Positions 1-12,000 of a stretch of 64,000 bases of DNA are shown here, piece by piece. Positions within the stretch are counted from its first letter, which is position 1. Each line of letters begins with the position of its first letter. Location: NCBI GenBank assembly GCA_964016885.1, contig OZ024747.1, positions 29,822,001 to 29,886,000 of the forward strand, in the 5' to 3' direction. This DNA is from Eledone cirrhosa (Eukaryota). The translations under genes and the position numbers were made by a program. Below the pieces are notes generated by a model. That model ran no database searches. It was not told where the DNA came from and was given only the letters and a program-made list of their open reading frames with translations.

Positions 1-3000
1 GGGGGGTCCGTTTTTTATTTGGGTGCCCCGTTTTTTTATGGGGGGGTCCGTTTTTTATTTGGGTGCCCCGTTTTTTTATGGGGGGGTCCGTTTTTTATTT
101 GGGTGCCCCGTTTTTTTATGGGGGGGGCCGTTTTTTATTTGGGTGCCCCGTTTTTTTATGGGGGGGGTCCGTTTTTTATTTGGGTGCCCCGTTTTTTATT
201 TGGGTGCCCCGTTTTTTTATGGGGGGGGGTCCGTTTTTTATTTGGCTGCCCCGTTTTTTTATGGGGGGGTCCGTTTTTTATTTGGGTACCCCGTTTTTTA
301 TTTGGGTGCCCCGTTTTTTTATGTGGGGGGTCCCGTTTTTTATTTGGGTGCCCCGTTTTTTTATGGGGGGGTCCGTTTTTTATTTGGGTACCCCGTTTTT
401 TATTTGGGTGCCCCGTTTTTTTATGGGGGGGTCCGTTTTTTATTTGGGTGCCCCGTTTTTTTATGGGGGGGTCCGTTTTTTATTTGGGTACCCCGTTTTT
501 TTATGGGGGGGTCCCGTTTTTTATTTGGGTGCCCCGTTTTTTTATGGGGGGGTCCGTTTTTTATTTGGGTACCCCGTTTTTTTATGGGGGGGTCCCGTTT
601 TTTATTTGGGTGCCCCGTTTTTTTATGGGGGGGGTCCCGTTTTTTATTTGGGTGTCCGATATTTTTATGGGGGGGTCCGTTTTTTATTTGGGTACCCCGT
701 TTTTTATTTGGGTGCCCCGTTTTTTTATGGGGGGGTACCGTTTTTTATTTGGGTGCCCCGTTTTTTTTATGGGGGGGTCCGTTTTTTATTTGGGTGCCCC
801 GTTTTTTATTTGGGTACCCCGTTTTTTATTTGGGTGCCCCGTTTTTTATTTGGGTGCCCCGTTTTTTTATGGGGGGGGCCGTTTTTTATTTGGGTGCCCC
901 GTTTTTTTATGGGGGGGTCCGTTTTTTATTTGGGTACCCCGTTTTTTATTTGGGTGCCCCGTTTTTTTATGGGGGGGCCGTTTTTTATTTGGGTGTCCCG
1001 TTTTTTTATGGGGGGGGTCCGTTTTTTATTTGGGTGCCCCGTTTTTTATTTGGGTGCCCCGTTTTTTTATGGGGGGGTCCGTTTTTTATTTGGCTGCCCC
1101 GTTTTTTTATGGGGGGGTCCGTTTTTTAATTGGGTACCCCGTTTTTTATTTGGGTGCCCCGTTTTTTATTTGGGTGTCCCGTTTTTTTATGGGGGGGTCC
1201 GTTTTTTATTTGGGTGCCCCGTTTTTTATGGGGGGTCCCGTTTTTTATTTGGGTGCCCCGTTTTTTTATGGGGGGTCCCGTTTTTTATTTGGGTGCCCCG
1301 TTTTTTTATGGGGGGGGTCCGTTTTTTATTTGGGTACCCCGTTTTTTATTTGGGTGCCCCGTTTTTTTATGGGGGGGGTCCGTTTTTTATTTGGGTGCCC
1401 CGTTTTTTTATGGGGGGTCCCGTTTTTTATTTGGGTGCCCCGTTTTTTTATGGGGGGTCCGTTTTTTATTTGGGTGCCCCGTTCTTTTATGGGGGGGTCC
1501 CGTTTTTTATTTGGGTGCCCCGTTTTTTTATGGGGGGGTCCCGTTTTTTATTTGGGTGCCCCGTTTTTTTATGGGGGGGGTCCGTTTTTTATTTGGGTAC
1601 CCCGTTTTTTATTTGGGTGCCCCGTTTTTTTATGGGGGGTCCGTTTTTTATTTGGGTGCTCCGTTTTTTTATGGGGGGGTCCGTTTTTTATTTGGGTGCC
1701 CCGTTTTTTATTTGGGTGCCCCGTTTTTTTATGGGGGGGTCCGTTTTTTATTTGGGTGCCCCGTTTTTTTATGGGGGGGTCCGTTTTTTATTTGGGTGCC
1801 CCGTTTTTTTATGGGGGGGTCCCGTTTTTTATTTGGGTGCCCCGTTTTTTTATGGGGGGGTTCGTTTTTTATTTGGGTACCCCGTTTTTTTATTTGGGTA
1901 CCCCGTTTTTTATTTGGGTGCCCCGTTTTTTTATGGGGGGGGTCCGTTTTTTATTTGGCTGCCCCGTTTTTTTATGGGGGTGTCCGTTTTTTATTTGGGT
2001 GCCCCGTTTTTTTATGGGGGGTCCCGTTTTTTATTTGGGTGCCCCGTTTTTTTATGGGGGGGTCCGTTTTTTATTTGGGTACCCCGTTTTTTATTTGGGT
2101 GCCCCGTTTTTTTATGGGGGGATGCGTTTTTTATTTGGGTGTCCCGTTTTTTATTTGGGTGTCCCGTTTTTTTATGGGGGGGTCCGCTTTTTATTTGGGT
2201 GCCCCGTTTTTTTATGGGGGGGGTCCGTTTTTTATTTGGGTACCCCGTTTTTTATTTGGGTGCCCCGTTTTTTTATGGGGGGGGTCCGTTTTTTATTTGG
2301 GTGCCCCGTTTTTTTATGGGGGGGGTCCATTTTTTATTTGGGTGCCCCGTTTTTTTATGGGGGGGTCCCGTTTTTTATTTGGGTGCCCCGTTTTTTTATG
2401 GGGGGGGTCCGTTTTTTATTTGGGTACCCCGTTTTTTATTTGGGTGCCCCGTTTTTTTATGGGGGGGTCCCGTTTTTTATTTGGGTGCCCCGTTTTTTTA
2501 TGGGGGGGTCCGTTTTTTATTTGGGTACCCCGTTTTTTATTTGGGTGCCCCGTTTTTTTATGGGGGGGTCCGTTTTTTATTTGGGTGCCCCGTTTTTCTA
2601 TGGGGGGGTCCGTTTTTTATTTGGGTGCCCCGTTTTTTTATGGGGGGGTCCCGTTTTTTATTTGGGTGCCCCGTTTTTTTATGGGGGGATCCGTTTTTTA
2701 TTTGGGTGCCCCGTTTTTTTATGGGGGGGTCCGTTTTTTATTTGGGTACCCCGTTTTTTATTTGGGTGCCCCGTTTTTTTATGGGGGGGTCCGTTTTTTA
2801 TTTGGGTGCCCCGTTTTTTTATGGGGGGGTCCGTTTTTTATTTGGGTGCCCCGTTTTTTATTTGGGTGCCCCGTTTTTTTATGGGGGGACCCGTTTTTTA
2901 TTTGGGTGTCCCGTTTTTTATTTGGGTGTCCCGTTTTTTTTATGGGGGGGTCCGCTTTTTATTTGGGTGTCCCGTTTTTTTATGGGGGGGGGCCGCTTTT

Positions 3001-6000
3001 TATTTGGGTGCCCCGTTTTTTTATGGGGGGGGTCCGTTTTTTATTTGGGTACCCCGTTTTTTATTTGGGTGCCCCGTTTTTTTATGGGGGGGGGTCCGTT
3101 TTTTATTTGGGTGCCCCGTTTTTTTATGGGGGGGTCCATTTTTTATTTGGGTGCCCCGTTTTTTTATGGGGGGGTCCCGTTTTTTATTTGGGTGCCCCGT
3201 TTTTTTATGGGGGGGGGGTCCGTTTTTTATTTGGGTACCCCGTTTTTTATTTGGGTGCCCCGTTATTTTATGGGGGGTCCCGTTTTTTATTTGGGTGCCC
3301 CGTTTTTTTATGGGGGGGTCCGTTTTTTATTTGGGTACCCCGTTTTTTATTTGGGTGCCCCGTTTTTTTATGGGGGGGGTCCGTTTTTTATTTGGGTGCC
3401 CCGTTTTTTTATGGGGGGGGTCCGTTTTTTATTTGGGTACCCCGTTTTTTATTTGGGTGCCCCGTTTTTTTATGGGGGGTCCGTTTTTTATTTGGGTGCT
3501 CCGTTTTTTTATGGGGGGGTCCGTTTTTTATTTGGGTGCCCCGTTTTTTTATGGGGGGGTCCGTTTTTTATTTGGGTGCCCCGTTTTTTTATGGGGGGGT
3601 CCCGTTTTTTATTTGGGTGCCCCGTTTTTTTATGGGGGGGTTCGTTTTTTATTTGGGTACCCCGTTTTTTTATTTGGGTACCCCGTTTTTTATTTGGGTG
3701 CCCCGTTTTTTTATGGGGGGGTCCGTTTTTTATTTGGCTGCCCCGTTTTTTTATGGGGGGGTCCGTTTTTTATTTGGGTGCCCCGTTTTTTTATGGGGGG
3801 TCCCGTTTTTTATTTGGGTGCCCCGTTTTTTTATGGGGGGGTCCGTTTTTTATTTGGGTACCCCGTTTTTTATTTGGGTGCCCCGTTTTTTTATGGGGGG
3901 ATCCGTTTTTTATTTGGGTGTCCCGTTTTTTATTTGGGTGTCCCGTTTTTTTATGGGGGGGTCCGCTTTTTATTTGGGTGCCCCGTTTTTTTATGGGGGG
4001 GGTCCGTTTTTTATTTGGGTACCCCGTTTTTTATTTGGGTGCCCCGTTTTTTTATGGGGGGGGTCCGTTTTTTATTTGGGTGCCCCGTTTTTTTATGGGG
4101 GGGGGTCCATTTTTTATTTGGGTGCCCCGTTTTTTTATGGGGGGGTCCCGTTTTTTATTTGGGTGCCCCGTTTTTTTATGGGGGGGGGTCCGTTTTTCAT
4201 TTGGGTACCCCGTTTTTTATTTGGGTGCCCCGTTTTTTTATGGGGGGGTCCCGTTTTTTATTTGGGTGCCCCGTTTTTTTATGGGGGGGGTCCGTTTTTT
4301 ATTTGGGTACCCCGTTTTTTATTTGGGTGCCCCGTTTTTTTATGGGGGGGGTCCGTTTTTTATTTGGGTGCCCCGTTTTTTATTTGGGTGCCCCGTTTTT
4401 TTATGGGGGGATCCGTTTTTTATTTGAGTGCCCCGTTTTTTTATGGGGGGGTCCGTTTTTTATTTGGGTACCCCGTTTTTTATTTGGGTGCCCCGTTTTT
4501 TTATGGGGGGGTCCGTTTTTTATTTGGGTGCCCCGTTTTTCTATGGGGGGGTCCGTTTTTTATTTGGGTGCCCCGTTTTTTTATGGGGGGGTCCCGTTTT
4601 TTATTTGGGTGCCCCGTTTTTTTATGGGGGGATCCGTTTTTTATTTGGGTGCCCCGTTTTTTATTTGGGTGTCCCGTTTTTTTATGGGGGGGTCCGTTTT
4701 TTATTTGGGTGCCCCGTTTTTTTATGGGGGGGTCCGTTTTTTATTTGGGTACCCCGTTTTTTATTTGGGTGCCCCGTTTTTTTATGGGGGGGTCCGTTTT
4801 TTATTTGGGTGCCCCGTTTTTTTATGGGGGGGTCCGTTTTTTATTTGGGTGCCCCGTTTTTTATTTGGGTGCCCCGTTTTTTTATGGGGGGATCCGTTTT
4901 TTATTTGGGTGTACCGTTTTTTATTTGGGTGTCCGGTTTTTTTATGGGGGGGTCCGCTTTTTATTTGGGTGTCCCGTTTTTTTATGGGGGGGGTCCGCTT
5001 TTTATTTGGGTGCCCCGTTTTTTTATGGGGGGGGGTCCGTTTTTTATTTGGGTACCCCGTTTTTTATTTGGGTGCCCCGTTTTTTTATGGGGGGGTCCGT
5101 TTTTTATTTGGGTGCCCCGTTTTTTTATGGGGGGGTCCGTTTTTTATTTGGGTGCCCCGTTTTTTATTTGGGTGCCCCGTTTTTTTATGGGGGGATCCGT
5201 TTTTTATTTGGGTGTCCCGTTTTTTATTTGGGTGTCCGGTTTTTTTATGGGGGGGTCCGCTTTTTATTTGGGTGTCCCGTTTTTTTATGGGGGGGGTCCG
5301 CTTTTTATTTGGGTGCCCCGTTTTTTTATGGGGGGGGGTCCGTTTTTTATTTGGGTACCCCGTTTTTTATTTGGGTGCCCCGTTTTTTTATGGGGGGGGT
5401 CCGTTTTTTATTTGGGTGCCCCGTTTTTTATTTGGGTGCCCCGTTTTTTTATGGGGGGATCCGTTTTTTATTTGAGTGCCCCGTTTTTTTATGGGGGGGT
5501 CCGTTTTTTATTTGGGTACCCCGTTTTTTATTTGGGTGCCCCGTTTTTTTATGGGGGGGTCCGTTTTTTATTTGGGTGCCCCGTTTTTCTATGGGGGGGT
5601 CCGTTTTTTATTTGGGTGCCCCGTTTTTTTATGGGGGGGTCCCGTTTTTTATTTGGGTGCCCCGTTTTTTTATGGGGGGATCCGTTTTTTATTTGGGTGC
5701 CCCGTTTTTTATTTGGGTGTCCCGTTTTTTTATGGGGGGGTCCGTTTTTTATTTGGGTGCCCCGTTTTTTTATGGGGGGGTCCGTTTTTTATTTGGGTAC
5801 CCCGTTTTTTATTTGGGTGCCCCGTTTTTTTATGGGGGGGTCCGTTTTTTATTTGGGTGCCCCGTTTTTTTATGGGGGGGTCCGTTTTTTATTTGGGTGC
5901 CCCGTTTTTTATTTGAGTGCCCCGTTTTTTTATGGGGGGATCCGTTTTTTATTTGGGTGTCCCGTTTTTTATTTGGGTGTCCCGTTTTTTTATGGGGGGG

Positions 6001-9000
6001 GGGTCCGCTTTTTATTTGGGTGTCCCGTTTTTTTATGGGGGGGGTCCGCTTTTTATTTGGGTGCCCCGTTTTTTTATGGGGGGGGTCCGTTTTTTATTTG
6101 GGTACCCCGTTTTTTATTTGGGTGCCCCGTTTTTTTATGGGGGGGGGTCCGTTTTTTATTTGGGTGCCCGGTTTTTTATGGGGGGGGGGGTCCATTTTTT
6201 ATTTGGGTGCCCCGTTTTTTTATGGGGGGGTCCCGTTTTTTATTTGGGTGCCCCGTTTTTTTATGGGGGGGGGGTCCGTTTTTTATTTGGGTACCCCGTT
6301 TTTTATTTGGGTGCCCCGTTTTTTTATGGGGGGTCCCGTTTTTTATTTGGGTGCCCCGTTTTTTTATGGGGGGGTCCGTTTTTTATTTGGGTACCCCGTT
6401 TTTTATTTGGGTGCCCCGTTTTTTTATGGGGGGGTCCGTTTTTTATTTGGGTGCCCCGTTTTTTATTTGGGTGCCCCGTTTTTTTATGGGGGGGATCCGT
6501 TTTTTATTTGAGTGCCCCGTTTTATTATGGGGGGGTCCGTTTTTTATTTGGTTACCCCGTTTTTTATTTGGGTGCCCCGTTTTTTTATGGGGGGGTCCGT
6601 TTTTTATTTGGGTGCCCCGTTTTTCTATGGGGGGGTCCGTTTTTTATTTGGGTGCCCCGTTTTTTTATGGGGGGGTCCCGTTTTTTATTTGGGTGCCTCG
6701 TTTTTTTATGGGGGGATCCGTTTTTTATTTGGGTGCCCCGTTTTTTATTTGGGTGTCCCGTTTTTTTATGGGGGGGTCCGTTTTTTATTTGGGTGCCCCG
6801 TTTTTTTATGGGGGGGTCCGTTTTTTATTTGGGTACCCCGTTTTTTATTTGGGTGCCCCGTTTTTTTATGGGGGGGTCCGTTTTTTATTTGGGTGCCCCG
6901 TTTTTTTATGGGGGGGTCCGTTTTTTATTTGGGTGCCCCGTTTTTTTATGGGGGGGTCCCGTTTTTTATTTGGGTGCCCCGTTTTTTTATGGGGGGTCCG
7001 TTTTTTATTTGGGTACCCCGTTTTTTATTTGGGTGCCCCGTTTTTTTATGGGGGGGTCCCGTTTTTTATTTGGGTGCCCCGTTTTTTTATGGGGGGGGTC
7101 CGTTTTTTATCTGGGTACCCCGTTTTTTATTTGGGTACCCCGTTTTTTATTTGGGTGCCCCGTTTTTTTATGTGGGGGGTCCGTTTTTTATTTGGGTGCC
7201 CCGTTTTTTTTATGGGGGGGGTCCGTTTTTTATTTGGGTGCCCCGTTTTTTATTTGGGTACCCCGTTTTTTACTTGGGTGCCCCGTTTTTTATTTGGGTG
7301 CCCCGTTTTTTATTTGGGTGCCCCGTTTTTTTATGGGGGGTCCGTTTTTTATTTGGGTGCCCCGTTTTTTTATGGGGGGGGTCCGTTTTTTATTTGGGTA
7401 CCCCGTTTTTTTATGGGGGGGTCCCGTTTTTTATTTGGGTGCCCCGTTTTTTTATGGGGGGGGTCCGTTTTTTATTTGGGTACCCCGTTTTTTATTTGGG
7501 TGCCCCGTTTTTTTATGGGGGGGTCCGTTTTTTATTTGGGTGCCCCGTTTTTTTATGGGGGGGTCCGTTTTTTATCTGGGTACCCCGTTTTTTATTTGGG
7601 TGCCCCGTTTTTTATTTGGGTGCCCCGTTTTTTTATGGGGGGGGTCCGTTTTTTATTTGGGTGTCCCGTTTTTTTATGGGGGGGTCCCGTTTTTTATTTG
7701 GGTGCCCCGTTTTTTTATGGGGGGGTCCGTTTTTTATTTGGGTACCCCGTTTTTTATTTGGGTGCCCCGTTTTTTTATGGCGGGGTCCCGTTTTTTATTT
7801 GGGTGCCCCGTTTTTTTATGGGGGGGTCCGTTTTTTATTTGGGTGCCCCGTTTTTTTATGGGGGGGGGTCCGTTTTTTATTTGGGTACCCCGTTTTTTAT
7901 TTGGTTGCCCCGTTTTTTTATGGGGGGGGTCCGTTTTTTATTTGGGTGCCCCGTTTTTTATTTGGGTGCCCCGTTTTTTTATGGGGGGGATCCGTTTTTT
8001 ATTTGAGTGCCCCGTTTTTTTATGGGGGGGTCCGTTTTTTATTTGGGTACCCCGTTTTTTATTTGGGTGCCCCGTTTTTTTATGGGGGGGGTCCGTTTTT
8101 TATTTGGGTGCCCCGTTTTTCTATGGGGGGGGTCCGTTTTTTATTTGGGTGCCCCGTTTTTTTATGGGGGGGTCCCGTTTTTTATTTGGGTGCCCCGTTT
8201 TTTTATGGGGGGATCCGTTTTTTATTTGGGTGCCCCGTTTTTTATTTGGGTGTCCCGTTTTTTTATGGGGGGGTCCGTTTTTTATTTGGGTGCCCCGTTT
8301 TTTTATGGGGGGGTCCGTTTTTTATTTGGGTACCCCGTTTTTTATTTGGGTGCCCCGTTTTTTTATGGGGGGTTCCGTTTTTTATTTGGGTGCCCCGTTT
8401 TTTTATGGGGGGGTCCGTTTTTTATTTGGGTGCCCCGTTTTTTTATGGGGGGGTCCCGTTTTTTATTTGGGTGCCCCGTTTTTCTATGGGGGGGTCCGTT
8501 TTTTATTTGGGTGCCCCGTTTTTTTATGGGGGGGTCCCGTTTTTTATTTGGGTGCCCCGTTTTTTTATGGGGGGGGGTCCGTTTTTTATTTGGGTGCCCC
8601 GTTTTTTTTATGGGGGGGGGTCCGTTTTTTATTTGGGTGCCCCGTTTTTTATTTGGGTACCCCGTTTTTTATTTGGGTGCCCCGTTTTTTATTTGGGTGC
8701 CCCGTTTTTTTATGGGGGGGTCCGTTTTTTATTTGGGTACCCCGTTTTTTATTTGGGTGCCCCGTTTTTTTATGGGGGGGTCCCGTTTTTTATTTGGGTG
8801 CCCCGTTTTTTTATGGGGGGGTCCGTTTTTTATTTGGGTGCCCCGTTTTTTTATGGGGGGGGGTCCGTTTTTTATTTGGGTACCCCGTTTTTTATTTGGG
8901 TGCCCCGTTTTTTTATGGGGGGGGTCCGTTTTTTATTTGGGTGCCCCGTTTTTTATTTGGGTGCCCCGTTTTTTTATGGGGGGGATCCGTTTTTTATTTG

Positions 9001-12000
9001 AGTGCCCCGTTTTTTTATGGGGGGGTCCGTTTTTTATTTGGGTACCCCGTTTTTTATTTGGGTGCCCCGTTTTTTTATGGGGGGGGTCCGTTTTTTATTT
9101 GGGTGCCCCGTTTTTCTATGGGGGGGGGTCCGTTTTTTATTTGGGTGCCCCGTTTTTTTATGGGGGGGTCCCGTTTTTTATTTGGGTGCCCCGTTTTTTT
9201 ATGGGGGGATCCGTTTTTTATTTGGGTGCCCCGTTTTTTATTTGGGTGTCCCGTTTTTTTATGGGGGGGTCCGTTTTTTATTTGGGTGCCCCGTTTTTTT
9301 ATGGGGGGGTCCGTTTTTTATTTGGGTACCCCGTTTTTTATTTGGGTGCCCCGTTTTTTTATGGGGGGGTCCGTTTTTTATTTGGGTGCCCCGTTTTTTT
9401 ATGGGGGGGTCCGTTTTTTATTTGGGTGCCCCGTTTTTTTATGGGGGGGTCCCGTTTTTTATTTGGGTGCCCCGTTTTTCTATGGGGGGGTCCGTTTTTT
9501 ATTTGGGTGCCCCGTTTTTTTATGGGGGGGTCCCGTTTTTTATTTGGGTGCCCCGTTTTTTTATGGGGGGGGGGGTCCGTTTTTTATTTGGGTGCCCCGT
9601 TTTTTTTATGGGGGGGGTCCGTTTTTTATTTGGGTGCCCCGTTTTTTATTTGGGTACCCCGTTTTTTATTTGGGTGCCCCGTTTTTTATTTGGGTGCCCC
9701 GTTTTTTTATGGGGGGGTCCGTTTTTTATTTGGGTGCCCCGTTTTTTATTTGGGTACCCCGTTTTTTTATGGGGGGGGCCGTTTTTTATTTGGGTGCCCC
9801 GTTTTTTTATGGGGGGGTCCGTTTTTTATTTGGGTACCCCGTTTTTTATTTGGGTGCCCCGTTTTTTTATGGGGGGGCCGTTTTTTATTTGGGTGCCCCG
9901 TTTTTTTATGGGGGGGGTCCGTTTTTTATTTGGGTGCCCCGTTTTTTATTTGGGTGCCCCGTTTTTTTATGGGGGGGGTCCGTTTTTTATTTGGCTGCCC
10001 CGTTTTTTTATGGGTGGGTCCGTTTTTTATTTGGGTACCCCGTTTTTTATTTGGGTGCCCCGTTTTTTTATGTGGGGGGTCCCGTTTTTTATTTGGGTGC
10101 CCCGTTTTTTTATGGGGGGGTCCGTTTTTTATTTGGGTACCCCGTTTTTTATTTGGGTACCCCGTTTTTTATTTGGGTGCCCCGTTTTTTTATGTGGGGG
10201 GTCCGTTTTTTATTTGGGTGCCCCGTTTTTTTTATGGGGGGGGGTCCGTTTTTTATTTGGGTGCCCCGTTTTTTATTTGGGTACCCCGTTTTTTATTTGG
10301 GTGCCCCGTTTTTTATTTGGGTGCCCCGTTTTTTTATGGGGGGGTCCGTTTTTTATTTGGGTGCCCCGTTTTTTATTTGGGTACCCCGTTTTTTTATGGG
10401 GGGGGCCGTTTTTTATTTGGGTGCCCCGTTTTTTTATGGGGGGTCCGTTTTTTATTTGGGTACACCGTTTTTTATTTGGGTGCCCCGTTTTTTTAGGGGG
10501 GGGGGCGTTTTTTATTTGGGTGCCCCGTTTTTTTATGGGGGGGGGTCCGTTTTTTATTTGGGTGCCCCGTTTTTTATTTGGGTGCCCCGTTTTTTTATGG
10601 GGGGGTCCGTTTTTTATTTGGCTGCCCCGTTTTTTTATGGGGGGGTCCGTTTTTTATTTGGGTACCCCGTTTTTTATTTGGGTGCCCCGTTTTTTTATGG
10701 GGGGGTCCGTTTTTTATTTGGGTACCCCGTTTTTTATTTGGGTGCCCCGTTTTTTTATGGGGGGGTCCGTTTTTTATTTGGGTGCCCCGTTTTTTTATGG
10801 GGGGGTCCGTTTTTTATTTGGGTACCCCGTTTTTTTATGGGGGGGTCCCGTTTTTTATTTGGGTGCCCCGTTTTTTTATGGGGGGGGGTCCGTTTTTTAT
10901 TTGGGTACCCCGTTTTTTATTTGGGTGCCCCGTTTTTTTATGGGGGGGTCCGTTTTTTATTTGGGTGCCCCGTTTTTTTATGGGGGGGTCCGTTTTTTAT
11001 CTGGGTACCCCGTTTTTTATTTGGGTACCCCGTTTTTTATTTGGGTGCCCCGTTTTTTTATGGGGGGGTCCGTTTATTATTTGGGTGCCCCGTTTTTTAT
11101 TTGGGTGTCCCGTTTTTTTATGGGGGGGGTCCCGTTTTTTATTTGGGTGCCCCGTTTTTTTATGGGGGGGTCCGTTTTTTATTTGGGTACCCCGTTTTTT
11201 ATTTGGGTGCCCCGTTTTTTTATGGGGGGGGTACCGTTTTTTATTTGGGTGCCCCGTTTTTTTATGGGGGGGTCCGTTTTTTATTTGGGTGCATCGTTTT
11301 TTATTTGGGTGCCCCGTTTTTTTATGGGGGGTCCGTTTTTTATTTGGGTGCCCCGTTTTTTTATGGGGGGGTCCCGTTTTTTATTTGGGTGCCCCGTTTT
11401 TTTATGGGGGGGGTCCGTTTTTTATTTGGGTACCCCGTTTTTTATTTGGGTGCCCCGTTTTTTTATGGGGGGGTCCGTTTTTTATTTGGGTACCCCGTTT
11501 TTTATTTGGGTGCCCCGTTTTTTTATGTGGGGGGTCCCGTTTTTTATTTGGGTGCCCCGTTTTTTTATGGGGGGGTCCGTTTTTTATTTGGGTACCCCGT
11601 TTTTTATTTGGGTGCCCCGTTTTTTTATGGGGGGGTCCGTTTTTTATTTGGGTGCCCCGTTTTTTTTATGGGGGGGTCCGTTTTTTATTTGGGTACCCCG
11701 TTTTTTTATGGGGGGGTCCCGTTTTTTATTTGGGTGCCCCGTTTTTTTATGGGGGGGTCCGTTTTTTATTTGGGTACCCCGTTTTTTTATGGGGGGGTCC
11801 CGTTTTTTATTTGGGTGCCCCGTTTTTTTATGGGGGGGGTCCCGTTTTTTATTTGGGTGTCCCGTTTTTTTATGGGGGGGTCCGTTTTTTATTTGGGTAC
11901 CCCGTTTTTTATTTGGGTGCCCCGTTTTTTTATGGGGGGGTACCGTTTTTTATTTGGGTGCCCCGTTTTTTTATGGGGGGGTCCGTTTTTTATTTGGGTA

